From Nannocystales bacterium (lineage in GTDB: Bacteria > Myxococcota_A > Polyangia > Nannocystales > Nannocystaceae), in contig JBOEGF010000005.1 in the NCBI GenBank assembly GCA_050633305.1, forward strand, positions 427,372 through 491,371: DNA of 64,000 nt. Reading direction: 5' to 3'. The notes below the pieces were generated by a model, which made no database searches, was not told the origin of the DNA, and saw only the letters and a program-made list of their open reading frames with translations. Positions 37,439-47,411 of this stretch are shown piece by piece. Position numbers and translations under genes: made by a program. Within the stretch, counting starts at the first letter, position 1, and the number at the start of each line of letters is the position of its first letter.

Positions 37439-40400
37439 TTATCGCGGCTGGACGACAACAAACCTGTCTCGGAGACCTTCCGGGCCGGCGAGGTACTGCA
37501 TGGCGGTCTCGCTCTCGGTCGCGTTGACGTAGTCGCGCAGCAACCCGAGGAGGCGAGACTGGCTGTCTTCGTCCAGCGCGGCGGACTGAACGTAGTCGGT
37601 GTTGATCCGGTGCTCCTGATCCCGGGGGAGGAACAAGAGACCGCCGGTCATTCCGGCGCCGGCGTTGGCGGCGATGGGCCCGAGGACAGCGACCTCGCCC
37701 CCCGTCATGTACTCGCAAGCATGCAGACCGGTGCCTTCGACGACGGCCCGGGCTCCACTGTTGCGAACCGCGAACCGGTCCCCTGCGCGCCCGTAGATCC
37801 AGACCTCCCCTCCCGTGGCTCCGTACAGCGCACCGTTTCCGATGATTGCGTTGTGGGCGGGGTCGAACGGGGCTTCGGGCGCCGGACGGACGACGAGGGT
37901 GCCGCCCGCCATCGACTTCGCGACGGAGTCGTTGGCTTCGCCGTGCAGGACGACGTGCATCCCAGCGACCGCAAATGCGGCGAGACCCTGGCCGGCGCTT
38001 CCGGACAACTCGAGTGTGATGGCGCCGCGCTTGGGCCACAGCGCAACGCTCTTGTTGTCGACCCGATTCGATGTTCGGACCTCGGCGGCCCGCCGGGCGA
38101 GCGCGCCTGCCAACCCTGCCCCCACGGCGCGGTCGAGGTTCGTGATGGCTCGAGACACGAGGGCCGCTCCGTTGTCGTCGAGCTGGCGTAGGGCTTCGGT
38201 GGTCAAGGCAACCTCGCGAGAACGATCGGGCATTGACGGTTCGGGCACATCCCGCGGCGCGCGCCAAGCGATAGGCTCGAGCATCGGGCCGATGTCCAGC
38301 CCTCGTTCGACGATGAAGCGGTCGTGACGCGTCGCGGCACACAGCCACTGGCGCGCGCCGATGATGTCTTGCAGGGTCCGAACTCCGAGCGCTGCGAGAT
38401 GGGCTCGGACTCCTTCGGCGAGTCGAGTCACAAATGCCACGACGTGTTCTGGGGTCCCGGCGTACTTCGCCTTGAACTTCGGGTCGTGGGTCGCGATGCC
38501 GGTCGGGCAGCTGTTCTTCTCGCAGATGCGCGCCATGATGCACCCCTGTGCGATCAGCAGGCCCTTGCCAAACCCGAACTCCTCCGCGCCCAACGTCGCA
38601 GCCTTGATGATGTCGTCGGGGGTGCTCAGTCCTCCATCGACCCTGAGTCGCACCCGCGACCGCAAGCCGGTCTCGACAAGCCGCGCGTGCGCGTCGAGTA
38701 GGCCGAACTCCCAAGGCAGGCCGGCGTGGCGCATCGACGAGATCGAGGCCGCACCGGTTCCGCCGTCGCCTCCCGAGATCTGGATGACGTCGGCGCCGGC
38801 TTTCGCCACGCCGCAGGCGATCGTGCCGACGTTGGAACCGGAGACCAGCTTCACGCAGACGGCGGTTCCGGCACTGAGCTGCTTGAGCTCGTAGATCAAC
38901 TCGGCCAGGTCTTCGATGCTGTAGATGTCGTGCATCGGGGGGGGCGAGATCAGGCTGACGCCGGCGGTCGCGAACCGGGCCCGCGCGATTTGTGCATCCA
39001 CCTTCACTCCCATCAGCTGGCCGCCTTCGCCAGGTTTGGCCCCTTGGGCGATCTTGATCTCGATCTCATCACCTGTGACGAGGTACTCCGCCGTCACACC
39101 GAAGCGGCCAGAGGCGATCTGCTTGGTCACGGCCGTGATGCCGTGGCTGAAGTAGTACGGGTTCTCGCCGCCTTCTCCGCTGTTGCAGCGGGCGCCTACG
39201 GATCGCATCGCGATGAAAATGTCGCGCTGGGACTCGGCATTGATCGCGCCGAAGGACATCGCACCGGAGCCGAATCGTCGCAGGATGTCAGGGGCTGGCT
39301 CGACCTCGTCCAAGGGAACGGCGGGGTTCCCTTCACGCAGGGCGAGGAGGTCGCGCGGGTTCACGGGCGCGACGGCGTCGCCGTGGTGCAGATAGCGCTC
39401 CCAAATCTCGGACTCGGTCCGACCCCGGAGCCGACCGCGAACGAGGTCGTGCACGAGCCGGCTTCGTTGGGCGGTCATGACGTGTCGCTCTCCGAAGGTG
39501 GGGTCGTCGGTTTGCCAGGCGCCTTTGCGCTCTTTGAGCTGGTAGGTCGAAGGCTGCGGTGCCGAGAGTTCGCCGCGTTCTGCCCAAGACCAGGCGCGCT
39601 CGAGGGCCGCCGCCAGTTGGTGGAGTTCCAGACCTCCGATGGGGCTGCAGGTGGTGCCGAAGTAGTCCTCGACCAGGGCATGTCCGAGGCCGACGGGCGT
39701 GAAGAGTTTGCTGCTCTGGTAGCTCCGGACGACGGAGATCCCCATCTTGGCCATGACCTTCAGCAGACCGCCCAACAGCGCGTCGATCAGCTGTTTCTCC
39801 CGGGCCTCGGCGGCTTCGGGGCCATCCGCTTCGAAGCGCGCGATCTCCAGCGCAAGGCGAGGGCAGACCGCCGTCGCGCCGAACCCGATCGTGCACGCGA
39901 GCGCGTGGGTCGTGCGGACATCGCCAGCCTCCACGACCACGCTCGCCTCGAGGCGGTGCCCGTGTCGGTTGAGCGTGGTGACCACCGAGCGCAAGGCCAG
40001 GAGGCTCGGGACGGGTGGGTTGTCTGCCGAGGCTGTTCGGTCAGAGAGCAGCAGCACCGAGGTTCCTGAGCGGACGGCCTCGAGCGCGGACTGCCCGATC
40101 CGCCACAGCGCCTCCTGCAGAGCCTCGCCGCCGCCCTCTCGTGCATAGGTGGTCGCAATCTCGGTCGAGAGGGTGCGAAGCCCGGTCGGCAGCCGGATGC
40201 TCATCGCCCGCAACACCTCGATCTGCTCGAGCCGCAGGATCGGGTCGGCCAGCTCCAGCGCTGGCGTTGGAGGGATGAGTTCGGCCGGCGAGAAGATGTT
40301 CGGTCGCCTTCCGAGGTGCGTCGCGAGGTTCGTGACCATCGCCTCCCGCAAGTAGTCGAGCGGGGGGTTGGTGACCTGTGCGAAATCCTGGACGAAGAAG

Positions 40401-41845
40401 TCGAAGAACGAGCGCGGTTGGTCGGAGAAGATCGCGGGGCGTGCCGTGTTCCCCATCGAGCCAATCGGTTCCTTTCCGGTCGCCATCATCGGCGCCAGAA
40501 TTCGCGCGCGCTCCTCGGTGGTGACGCCAAACAGCGCCTGTCGGTCGAGCAGCTCGCAGACCGGGGCTTGGATCGAGGCCTGGGCCTCGGGGTGGAGCTG
40601 GGCTGGTGCATCCGCGATCGGCACCAAACGTGCGTCGAAGCTCGCCCCTGCGTTGCGCCGCGTCACGCTGGCTTCGCGCATGTGTACCTTGCCGGATGCG
40701 AGTCGGACGGTGACTCCAGAACCGGCGTGCAAGGTGCCTTTGGCTTCGACTGCGGACTCGTCGACTTCGAACGCACCGGCCTCCGAGGCGAGGTAGAACG
40801 CATCGGCGGTCATGCACCATCGTGCTGGGCGGAAACCGTTGCGATCGAGGCGTGCTCCGACGCTTTGCCCGTCGCTGAAGGCGAGCAGAGCCGGCCCATC
40901 CCAGGGTTCCATCGCGCGGCCCCAGAAACGATAGTAGCCCGCAGTTGCGTCGGCCGCGGGCATCATGATCGCGAGGATGTCGTCGATATGCGGGAGGCTG
41001 GAGCGGTACTTCAGCGCTTCGACCATTTCCCCGAGGCTGCCCGAGTCGCTGATCTCGGTGCGCGTGAGGAGTTCGTCTCGACCGAGCCCCGATGCGCGCT
41101 CGCGCGAGTGCGCCCAAGAGCGATTCCCCGCGACGGTGTTGATCTCACCGTTGTGCGCAATGAGCCGGAACGGTTGGGCCTTGTCCCAGGAACTGCGGGT
41201 GTTGGTGGAGAAGCGGCGGTGAAACAGTCCGAAGCGGCTGACAAAGCGAGGGTTGGCCAGGTCGGGGAAGAACTGGTCGAGATCAACGCCTCGGCACAGG
41301 GCCTTGTAGACCACGGTCGTGGTGGATAGGGAGGCGAAGAAGAGGTCTTTCCAGGCGTCGGCGCGTTTGAGCTTGTTGCGGGTGGTCTGTTTCGCTCGGT
41401 AGAGCTTCGCGTTGAATGATGCGTCGTTGCGGGCCGACTCGGGTCGCTGCAACGTCGCTTGCACGATGACCGGACAGCTTGCGCGGGCCTCGGGGCCCAG
41501 GACATCGAGGTTCCGCGGGACGTCGCGGTACTCCAGTACCGGCATCCCGAGGAACTCGAACGTCGACTCGAAGACGGCGAGTGCGCGTTCGCGCCTCACA
41601 GCATCGGGGTTGAGGAAGAGGGTTGCGAGGGCGATGGTACCGGGTTCGTGTCCGAGCACGGCGAAGGGGATGTCGGTCATGACACCCGCGCCGTCGCTGC
41701 TTCGTCCATCGTGGCCCACAGCGCCGCGGTGCTCGACCCTTCGCAACGCGTGCAGAGTCGAGCGGACGATGGCGTGCGAGCGAACGCGATTGCGGGCAGC
41801 GACGAACCCTACGCCGCACGCGGCGTACTCGGACTTCGGCTCCAT
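37439..41845 (-). CDS. gltB: Glutamate synthase large subunit
   Basis: N-terminal nucleophile CGVGF, HRRFSTNT, HNGEINT, EPWDGPA, AQGAKPGEGGQL, CIMARICEKNSCPTG, GERF-like GDRFAVRNSG; alternative start 41857. Confidence 0.95.
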   Translation of the reverse strand: MEPKSEYAACGVGFVAARNRVRSHAIVRSTLHALRRVEHRGAVGHDGRSSDGAGVMTDIPFAVLGHEPGTIALATLFLNPDAVRRERALAVFESTFEFLGMPVLEYRDVPRNLDVLGPEARASCPVIVQATLQRPESARNDASFNAKLYRAKQTTRNKLKRADAWKDLFFASLSTTTVVYKALCRGVDLDQFFPDLANPRFVSRFGLFHRRFSTNTRSSWDKAQPFRLIAHNGEINTVAGNRSWAHSRERASGLGRDELLTRTEISDSGSLGEMVEALKYRSSLPHIDDILAIMMPAADATAGYYRFWGRAMEPWDGPALLAFSDGQSVGARLDRNGFRPARWCMTADAFYLASEAGAFEVDESAVEAKGTLHAGSGVTVRLASGKVHMREASVTRRNAGASFDARLVPIADAPAQLHPEAQASIQAPVCELLDRQALFGVTTEERARILAPMMATGKEPIGSMGNTARPAIFSDQPRSFFDFFVQDFAQVTNPPLDYLREAMVTNLATHLGRRPNIFSPAELIPPTPALELADPILRLEQIEVLRAMSIRLPTGLRTLSTEIATTYAREGGGEALQEALWRIGQSALEAVRSGTSVLLLSDRTASADNPPVPSLLALRSVVTTLNRHGHRLEASVVVEAGDVRTTHALACTIGFGATAVCPRLALEIARFEADGPEAAEAREKQLIDALLGGLLKVMAKMGISVVRSYQSSKLFTPVGLGHALVEDYFGTTCSPIGGLELHQLAAALERAWSWAERGELSAPQPSTYQLKERKGAWQTDDPTFGERHVMTAQRSRLVHDLVRGRLRGRTESEIWERYLHHGDAVAPVNPRDLLALREGNPAVPLDEVEPAPDILRRFGSGAMSFGAINAESQRDIFIAMRSVGARCNSGEGGENPYYFSHGITAVTKQIASGRFGVTAEYLVTGDEIEIKIAQGAKPGEGGQLMGVKVDAQIARARFATAGVSLISPPPMHDIYSIEDLAELIYELKQLSAGTAVCVKLVSGSNVGTIACGVAKAGADVIQISGGDGGTGAASISSMRHAGLPWEFGLLDAHARLVETGLRSRVRLRVDGGLSTPDDIIKAATLGAEEFGFGKGLLIAQGCIMARICEKNSCPTGIATHDPKFKAKYAGTPEHVVAFVTRLAEGVRAHLAALGVRTLQDIIGARQWLCAATRHDRFIVERGLDIGPMLEPIAWRAPRDVPEPSMPDRSREVALTTEALRQLDDNGAALVSRAITNLDRAVGAGLAGALARRAAEVRTSNRVDNKSVALWPKRGAITLELSGSAGQGLAAFAVAGMHVVLHGEANDSVAKSMAGGTLVVRPAPEAPFDPAHNAIIGNGALYGATGGEVWIYGRAGDRFAVRNSGARAVVEGTGLHACEYMTGGEVAVLGPIAANAGAGMTGGLLFLPRDQEHRINTDYVQSAALDEDSQSRLLGLLRDYVNATESETAMQYLAGPEGLRDRFVVVQPR

Positions 41846-41943
41846 GGCGTCGATCATGCGGGGAGCCTGAGCCCACGTCGAGGGGGGAAACATCGGGATC
41901 GAAGGCCGACGATTACAATTTTACGAACACACCGTGCCTACGT

Positions 41944-41957
41944 GTAAATGCATTTAC
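41944..41957. promoter_or_regulatory. Perfect 14-bp palindrome GTAAATGCATTTAC in the divergent gltB/amtB promoter (putative nitrogen-regulator site)
   Basis: AT-rich palindrome in a high-GC genome, next to overlapping -10-like hexamers TACAAT (+, 41914-41919) and TAAAAT (-, 41918-41923). Confidence 0.6.
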
Positions 41958-42046
41958 CACGGTGCGATGGCAGAGCTTTTCCTCCGGATGGCCTCGACTC
42001 CGGGGAGCTGAGGCCGCCTTGCGTTCGATGAACGCCTGCTGAAGCA

Positions 42047-43318
42047 TTGATGCCCATGCAAGCGCCGACGACCGTCGACTCGGGGACGACCGCATGGATG
42101 CTGACCTCAACCGCGCTCGTGCTCCTGATGGTGCCCGGACTCGCGATGTTCTACGGCGGACTCGTCCGCACGAAGAACGTCCTGGGCACGATGCTCCATA
42201 GCTTCGCTGCAATGGCGATCATCGGTGTGTTCTGGGTGGTCGCCGGCTACGCGATGGCGTTTGGCCCGAATGCGCTCGGTGGCTGGATCGGGTGGGACCC
42301 GGACCTGTTGTTCCTCGAGGCCGCAGACACGAGGATCATGGATGAGGGCGTCCCGGAGTACGTCTTCGCCATGTTCCAGGGCAAGTTCGCGATCATCACA
42401 CCTGCGATTATCGCCGGAGCATTTGCCGAGCGGGTTCGGTTTCGTGGCTACTGCGTCTTCATTCTGCTGTGGGCGGTGTTGGTCTACACACCGTTGTGCC
42501 ATTGGGTCTGGGCCTCGGACGGGTTCTTGTTCAATCTCGGCGCTCGCGGTGCCGTGGACTTCGCAGGGGGAACGGTTGTGCATATTTCTGCAGGGGTCGC
42601 TGGCCTCGTGGCGGCGCTGTACCTTGGGGCGCGGCGGGGCTATCCGGGGACCACAATGCCGCCCAACAACCTCGTCATGACCTTGATCGGTGCGGGTCTG
42701 CTCTGGGTTGGGTGGTTCGGGTTCAATGCTGGTAGTGCGATCGCCTCTGACCTTCAGACCGCGCAGGCCCTGACGGCGACGCAGGTTGCGGCGGCGGCTG
42801 GTGCGCTCGCATGGATGCTGATCGAAGCGGCTCATCATGGTCGGGCCACAAGCTTGGGCGTGGCCTCAGGCATCCTGGCCGGTCTCGTGGTGATCACACC
42901 GGCCGCTGGGGTGGTCCAGCCCAAGGGCGCGATTGCGTTGGCGACCCTCGCCTCGGCGGTCAGCTACGGGGCAATCCTGGTGAAGAACCGGTTGCGCTAC
43001 GACGATACGCTCGACGTTTTTGGGATTCACGGCATCTCAGGCATCGTTGGGGCGTTGTTTCTCAGCTTCTTCATCCGCGATTCGTGGATGCTCGAGGCGG
43101 CGAGTGCGGCGGGGGGCTCTTGGAGTACCTTCGAGCAGTTCCTCGTCCAGTTGGCCGGCGTAGGGATGACGCTCGTGTACGCCGGTTTACTCACCTGGGG
43201 ACTGCTCGCTCTCGTGGAGAAGACCTTCGGCCTGCGGTTGGACGAGACGTCCGAGATGGCGGGCATGGACCATACGGAACACGGCGAACACGGCTACGGG
43301 ATGGTCAACGTAGGTTGA
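42047..43318 (+). CDS. amtB: Ammonium transporter
   Basis: AWMLTSTALVLLMVPGLAMFYGG, FQGKFAIITPA, DFAGGTVVH, LLWVGWFGFNAGS, DDTLDVFGIHG. Confidence 0.96.
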   Translation: MMPMQAPTTVDSGTTAWMLTSTALVLLMVPGLAMFYGGLVRTKNVLGTMLHSFAAMAIIGVFWVVAGYAMAFGPNALGGWIGWDPDLLFLEAADTRIMDEGVPEYVFAMFQGKFAIITPAIIAGAFAERVRFRGYCVFILLWAVLVYTPLCHWVWASDGFLFNLGARGAVDFAGGTVVHISAGVAGLVAALYLGARRGYPGTTMPPNNLVMTLIGAGLLWVGWFGFNAGSAIASDLQTAQALTATQVAAAAGALAWMLIEAAHHGRATSLGVASGILAGLVVITPAAGVVQPKGAIALATLASAVSYGAILVKNRLRYDDTLDVFGIHGISGIVGALFLSFFIRDSWMLEAASAAGGSWSTFEQFLVQLAGVGMTLVYAGLLTWGLLALVEKTFGLRLDETSEMAGMDHTEHGEHGYGMVNVG

Positions 43319-43328
43319 GGGCCGACCC

Positions 43329-43673
43329 ATGAAACTCGTGATCGCAGTGTTTCCACCCGATCGCCTCGACGAGGTGCGCGAGTCTCTTCTCGCGGCGGGC
43401 ATCGCCCGAATCACCGTGATGCGGTGTTCCGGCCGAGCCCGTCCCGATGCGTCACCGAAGCTGTTTCGAGGACGCGCCGTGGCGCCGTCGTTGGTGAGCC
43501 ACGTTCGAGTCGAGGTGGCGTGCAACGACGAGTTCGTCGACCCTGCGATCGAAGCGATTGTCAGCGGTGTTCGTCGCGGGGAGGGCCAGGTGGGGGACGG
43601 CAAGGTCTTCGTCGTCCCGCTCGAACGGTGCATCCGGATTCGAACGGGCGAGACGGGACCTGAGGCGGTGTAG
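43329..43673 (+). CDS. glnK: P-II family nitrogen regulator with atypical T-loop
   Basis: Directly downstream of amtB; GDGKVFV, IRIRTGE. Confidence 0.85.
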   Translation: MKLVIAVFPPDRLDEVRESLLAAGIARITVMRCSGRARPDASPKLFRGRAVAPSLVSHVRVEVACNDEFVDPAIEAIVSGVRRGEGQVGDGKVFVVPLERCIRIRTGETGPEAV

Positions 43674-43681
43674 ACTCGGGC

Positions 43682-44704
43682 ATGGCTTCGAAGTGGACCC
43701 TGGTCGGAGTCTCCGTCCTCCTGGCCGCATGCGGTGTCGAGGATGAGGGGACGGGGGCGGCGTTCGAGCCCGACAGTCTGGGTGGGATGAGTACGGGAGA
43801 GGTCGGCGAGGCCGGGACTGCAGGACCGGGGTCGTCGAGCGGGGGAGTGACCTCCGTTGGTGTGACGTCCTCTGCGTCCTCTGCGTCCTCCGCTGAGGGC
43901 ACGAGCCTGGGCACGGCTACGGAGACGGGCGAGCTTGGGAGCAGTTCAACGGGCGTGGACGTGTGTCCGCGGGTACGGGTCGATGTTGGGATGGGGCTGA
44001 CCCTCAACGTTCGACCGGATCCTTCGACGATCAACGCCCCGGTGGGCTCGTTGGCCAACGGAGCGCTCGTCGATGTCCTCGGCGAGGCCACCGGCGAGTC
44101 GATCGACGGCGTGGACCTCTGGTACGAGATCGAAAACCCGGTCGTTCACGGGTTCGTGTTGTCCTCGCTCGTGGAGTGCACGATGGACGAGCCTCCAGCG
44201 CTCGATGGCTTCTATCTTCCGTTGCTCTGTGGAACGACCGCCGAGGTCACGCAGGGCAACAATGGAGCGCTTAGCCACAATGGAACGTCCGCCTACGCGT
44301 TCGACTTTGGGCTCCCCTTGGGCTCCCCTCTCGTTGCGATTGCGGACGGCGTCGTCACCCATGTGTTTGACGAAACCGGTCCCGGCGACCCTTGTTACAA
44401 CGGCGGCGGCATGGGCTGCTCGGACTTTGCCAACTACGTCACCCTGCTCCATGCCGATGGAACCAAGTCGGTCTACATGCACCTGCAGGAGGTCTCGGTG
44501 GGCGTTGGGCAGGACGTACCCATTGGGTCACAAGTCGGCCTCTCGGGCTCGACGGGGTGGTCGACGGGCCGACACGCACACGTCATGCGCATGGAAGACT
44601 GCGGCGGGTACTATTGTCAGTCGGTCCCGCTCGCGTTCTCGGATGTGGCCGGGGACGGCGTCCCGCTCAGCGACGATATCGTGACCTCGGGCAACTGCCC
44701 CTAG
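43682..44704 (+). CDS. M23 family peptidase with SH3-like domain, stalked lipoprotein
   Basis: LAAC lipobox; SH3b-like LNVRPDPST...WYEI; H...AFD, YMHL, STGWSTGRHAH. Confidence 0.85.
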   Translation: MASKWTLVGVSVLLAACGVEDEGTGAAFEPDSLGGMSTGEVGEAGTAGPGSSSGGVTSVGVTSSASSASSAEGTSLGTATETGELGSSSTGVDVCPRVRVDVGMGLTLNVRPDPSTINAPVGSLANGALVDVLGEATGESIDGVDLWYEIENPVVHGFVLSSLVECTMDEPPALDGFYLPLLCGTTAEVTQGNNGALSHNGTSAYAFDFGLPLGSPLVAIADGVVTHVFDETGPGDPCYNGGGMGCSDFANYVTLLHADGTKSVYMHLQEVSVGVGQDVPIGSQVGLSGSTGWSTGRHAHVMRMEDCGGYYCQSVPLAFSDVAGDGVPLSDDIVTSGNCP

Positions 44705-44731
44705 GGCGGTCGGCCCTCTCTCGCAGCCGGG

Positions 44732-45526
44732 CTACGCGCCACCTGCCGGGATGAACTTGCGCCGGAACACAAGGCGCGTGGGAGTCGAGGCTGCCGCGGC
44801 GAAACGGTAGCGGTCGACACGAAAGTCCTGAAGCCCTTCGACGCGGTCGACCCGCTCGGTGATCAGGTAGCGGGCCATCGCACCGCGGGCGACCTTGGCC
44901 ATGAAGCTGATCACCTTTCCGTCGTCGGGAGTGTTCTTCCAGTCCTCGAAGACACACTCCACGATGGGGCGCGAGAAGTGTCGCGGACGGACGACCTTGA
45001 AGTACTCGCCCGAGGCGAGGTTCACGAGCGTGTCGTCTTGGTGCCCCTCGAGGGCGGTGTCGAGCTGTTGCGCAACACGGTCGCCCCAGAACTCGTAGAG
45101 GTTCTTGCCGCGTCGTGTTGGTAGGCGTGTTCCCATCTCGAGCCGATACGCCTGCATCAGGTCGAGGGGTCGCAGCAATCCATATAGCCCCGACAAGATC
45201 CCGAGGTGGCTCTGGGCGTAGTCGAGGTCCTCTGCGGAGAACTCGCGGGCCCGCAGCCCACGGTAGACGTCTCCGTTGAAAATCAATGCGGCCGGTTGCG
45301 CGTTATCGTCCGTGAACGGGAGCTCGAACGCCCGGTAGCGATCGTAGTTGAGCTTGGCCAGGTTCGCGGACAGGTTCATGAGCTCGCGAATCTTGGTCTG
45401 GCTCAGCCCGCGCGTCGTCTTCATGAGCGACTCGGCGTCGGTCATGAGTGCGGGCTGCGTGGTGTCGAGCTTGCGCCCGACGGGAGACAGATCCAGGTTC
45501 TTGGCGGGGGAGATGACGGCGAGCAT
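44732..45526 (-). CDS. yaaA: Peroxide stress protein YaaA
   Basis: ISPAKNLD, FNGDVYRGL, ILSGLYGLLRPLD, YRLEMGT, VNLASGEY, AKVARGAM. Confidence 0.93.
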   Translation of the reverse strand: MLAVISPAKNLDLSPVGRKLDTTQPALMTDAESLMKTTRGLSQTKIRELMNLSANLAKLNYDRYRAFELPFTDDNAQPAALIFNGDVYRGLRAREFSAEDLDYAQSHLGILSGLYGLLRPLDLMQAYRLEMGTRLPTRRGKNLYEFWGDRVAQQLDTALEGHQDDTLVNLASGEYFKVVRPRHFSRPIVECVFEDWKNTPDDGKVISFMAKVARGAMARYLITERVDRVEGLQDFRVDRYRFAAAASTPTRLVFRRKFIPAGGA

Positions 45527-45668
45527 GACGACCGGGTCTCGGACTTGTATCCGGTCTGCGCGCGGCTGTGAACAGTTGTCGTCAGGGCTGTCGCCGGGTG
45601 ACGAGGTTCCTGTTCCACGACCTGGTCGTTCCCGCGTACGACAGGCGGCCGCCGCCGCTCTGCGCGGG

Positions 45669-46655
45669 TCAGGCGGGGAGTTCGTCTCGAAGCTCGGCGA
45701 GCAACTCAAACGAGCGTAGGCGCGCGGAGTGGTCGTAGAGCATGGATGTCACGATCAGCTCATCTGCGCCGGTCTTCGTGGCAAACGACTGAAGCGCATC
45801 GCGTACGGTGGCGGGCGAGCCGATGGCGGCGGCCGAGAGTACCGAGCTGAGCACGGCATGGGCCTGCGGTGGCAGTTGTTCGTCGAACGTGGGGTTGGGT
45901 GCGGGAAGCGTGCTCGGACGACCCAGCCTGAGGTTGACGAAGGCCTGCTTGAGTGAGGTCGCGAGGAGTCGAGCCTCGTCATCCGTGTCGGCAGCGATGA
46001 CGTTGTAGCCGAGCATGACGTAGGGCTTGGCCAGCTGTTTGGAGGGGCGAAACGATTCCCGGTAGACGGTGATCGCCTCCATCATCTGCCCCGGAGCAAA
46101 GTGGGAGGCGAACGCGTAGGGCAGGCCGAGCGCGGCTGCGGTCTGGGCACCGAACAGGCTCGAACCGAGGATCCAGACCGGGACGTCGGCCCCTTTGCCG
46201 GGGACGGCTAGGATCGGGCCGCTGCCTTCGAAGTAGGAGAGGAGCTCCTTGACGTCCTGGGGGAACGCATCGGGATCCGAATGCATGGTCCGACGCAGCG
46301 CGCGAGCGGTCGCCCCATCGGATCCCGGGGCGCGGCCTAGGCCGAGGTCGATACGGCCGGGGTACAACGTCTCGAGCGTGCCAAACTGTTCGGCGACCAT
46401 CAGCGGCGCGTGGTTGGGGAGCATGATGCCGCCAGCCCCGACCCGTAACGTCGAGGTGGAGCCGGCGACGTGCCCGATGAGGACGGCCGTCGCAGCGCTG
46501 GCAATGCCCGGCATGCCGTGGTGCTCCGCGAGCCACATGCGGCGGTATCCCAAGCGCTCGACGTGCTGCGCCAACTCCACGGTGTTTTGCAGCGTCGTGG
46601 CCACGGAGCCTCCGCGGGTGATGGGGGCCAAGTCGAGGACGGAGAGCTGCACCAT
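45669..46655 (-). CDS. LLM class (luciferase-like) flavin-dependent oxidoreductase
   Basis: [45 protein letters not shown]. Confidence 0.92.
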   Translation of the reverse strand: MVQLSVLDLAPITRGGSVATTLQNTVELAQHVERLGYRRMWLAEHHGMPGIASAATAVLIGHVAGSTSTLRVGAGGIMLPNHAPLMVAEQFGTLETLYPGRIDLGLGRAPGSDGATARALRRTMHSDPDAFPQDVKELLSYFEGSGPILAVPGKGADVPVWILGSSLFGAQTAAALGLPYAFASHFAPGQMMEAITVYRESFRPSKQLAKPYVMLGYNVIAADTDDEARLLATSLKQAFVNLRLGRPSTLPAPNPTFDEQLPPQAHAVLSSVLSAAAIGSPATVRDALQSFATKTGADELIVTSMLYDHSARLRSFELLAELRDELPA

Positions 46656-46717
46656 GACGACCGAAGGACGATACCGCGGGGGCGCCCGTTACGGCCCGCC
46701 GTGCCCGCTTGGCCCGT

Positions 46718-47356
46718 TCAGCCCGCGTTCGCGGCGTCCATGAGGACGGCCCGCAGTGACTCGGGTTCCGCCGGTCGCTCCCCGCCCAACCCATCGAGGA
46801 TCGCGCTACGCGTGATCGCGGGCGCTTCGGTCAGGGCTCGGATGAACTCGGCTCGGTGCGCCTGCCGCTGTGGAGCGTCGAGAGGTTCGAGGAACTCGAG
46901 CACGGACTCCGGGGACAGTCGCTCGAGCAGGTCGGGAAGCGAGGCTACAACCCAATCTCCGAAGTTTTCGGGGCCCACATCCCACAGCGTCGTGGCAGGC
47001 GGCCCGTCGGGCGTTCCAAAGGTGTCGAGCCGCGCCTCGAAGTGCTCGCGGTCGGATGGACCGTCGGTCTCCCGCTCGCCAGAGCGCAGGCTTTGGAGGA
47101 GCGCCTCGGCCTCCGCGACCACGGAACGCGGCACCAGCAGTTGCGAGGTCCGAAGCTCGTCCCCCGCGAAGGTCGGCTCCATGTAGCGCACCTTGTAGCG
47201 GATCACGTAGGGGATCCCGTGGGCGCGAAATGCCGTTTCGGCCAACTCCACCTCGATGAAGGTCAGGGCCGAGTAGACCACGACCATCTCCACTTCGCGC
47301 TTGACCGGTTGGTTGTCGGGCACCACGAAGGCGTACCCGCGCGACACCGTCGGCAT
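46718..47356 (-). CDS. Hypothetical protein with DUF2007-like N-terminus (start uncertain, possibly 47287)
   Basis: VVVYSA..FIEVELAE..F.AHGIP...LLVP....EAEALL. Confidence 0.55.
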   Translation of the reverse strand: MPTVSRGYAFVVPDNQPVKREVEMVVVYSALTFIEVELAETAFRAHGIPYVIRYKVRYMEPTFAGDELRTSQLLVPRSVVAEAEALLQSLRSGERETDGPSDREHFEARLDTFGTPDGPPATTLWDVGPENFGDWVVASLPDLLERLSPESVLEFLEPLDAPQRQAHRAEFIRALTEAPAITRSAILDGLGGERPAEPESLRAVLMDAANAG

Positions 47357-47411
47357 TCCCCCTCGATTGCGGCGGGGGCGCTGTTGCCGACGATACGTGC
47401 GGGATGAACGG

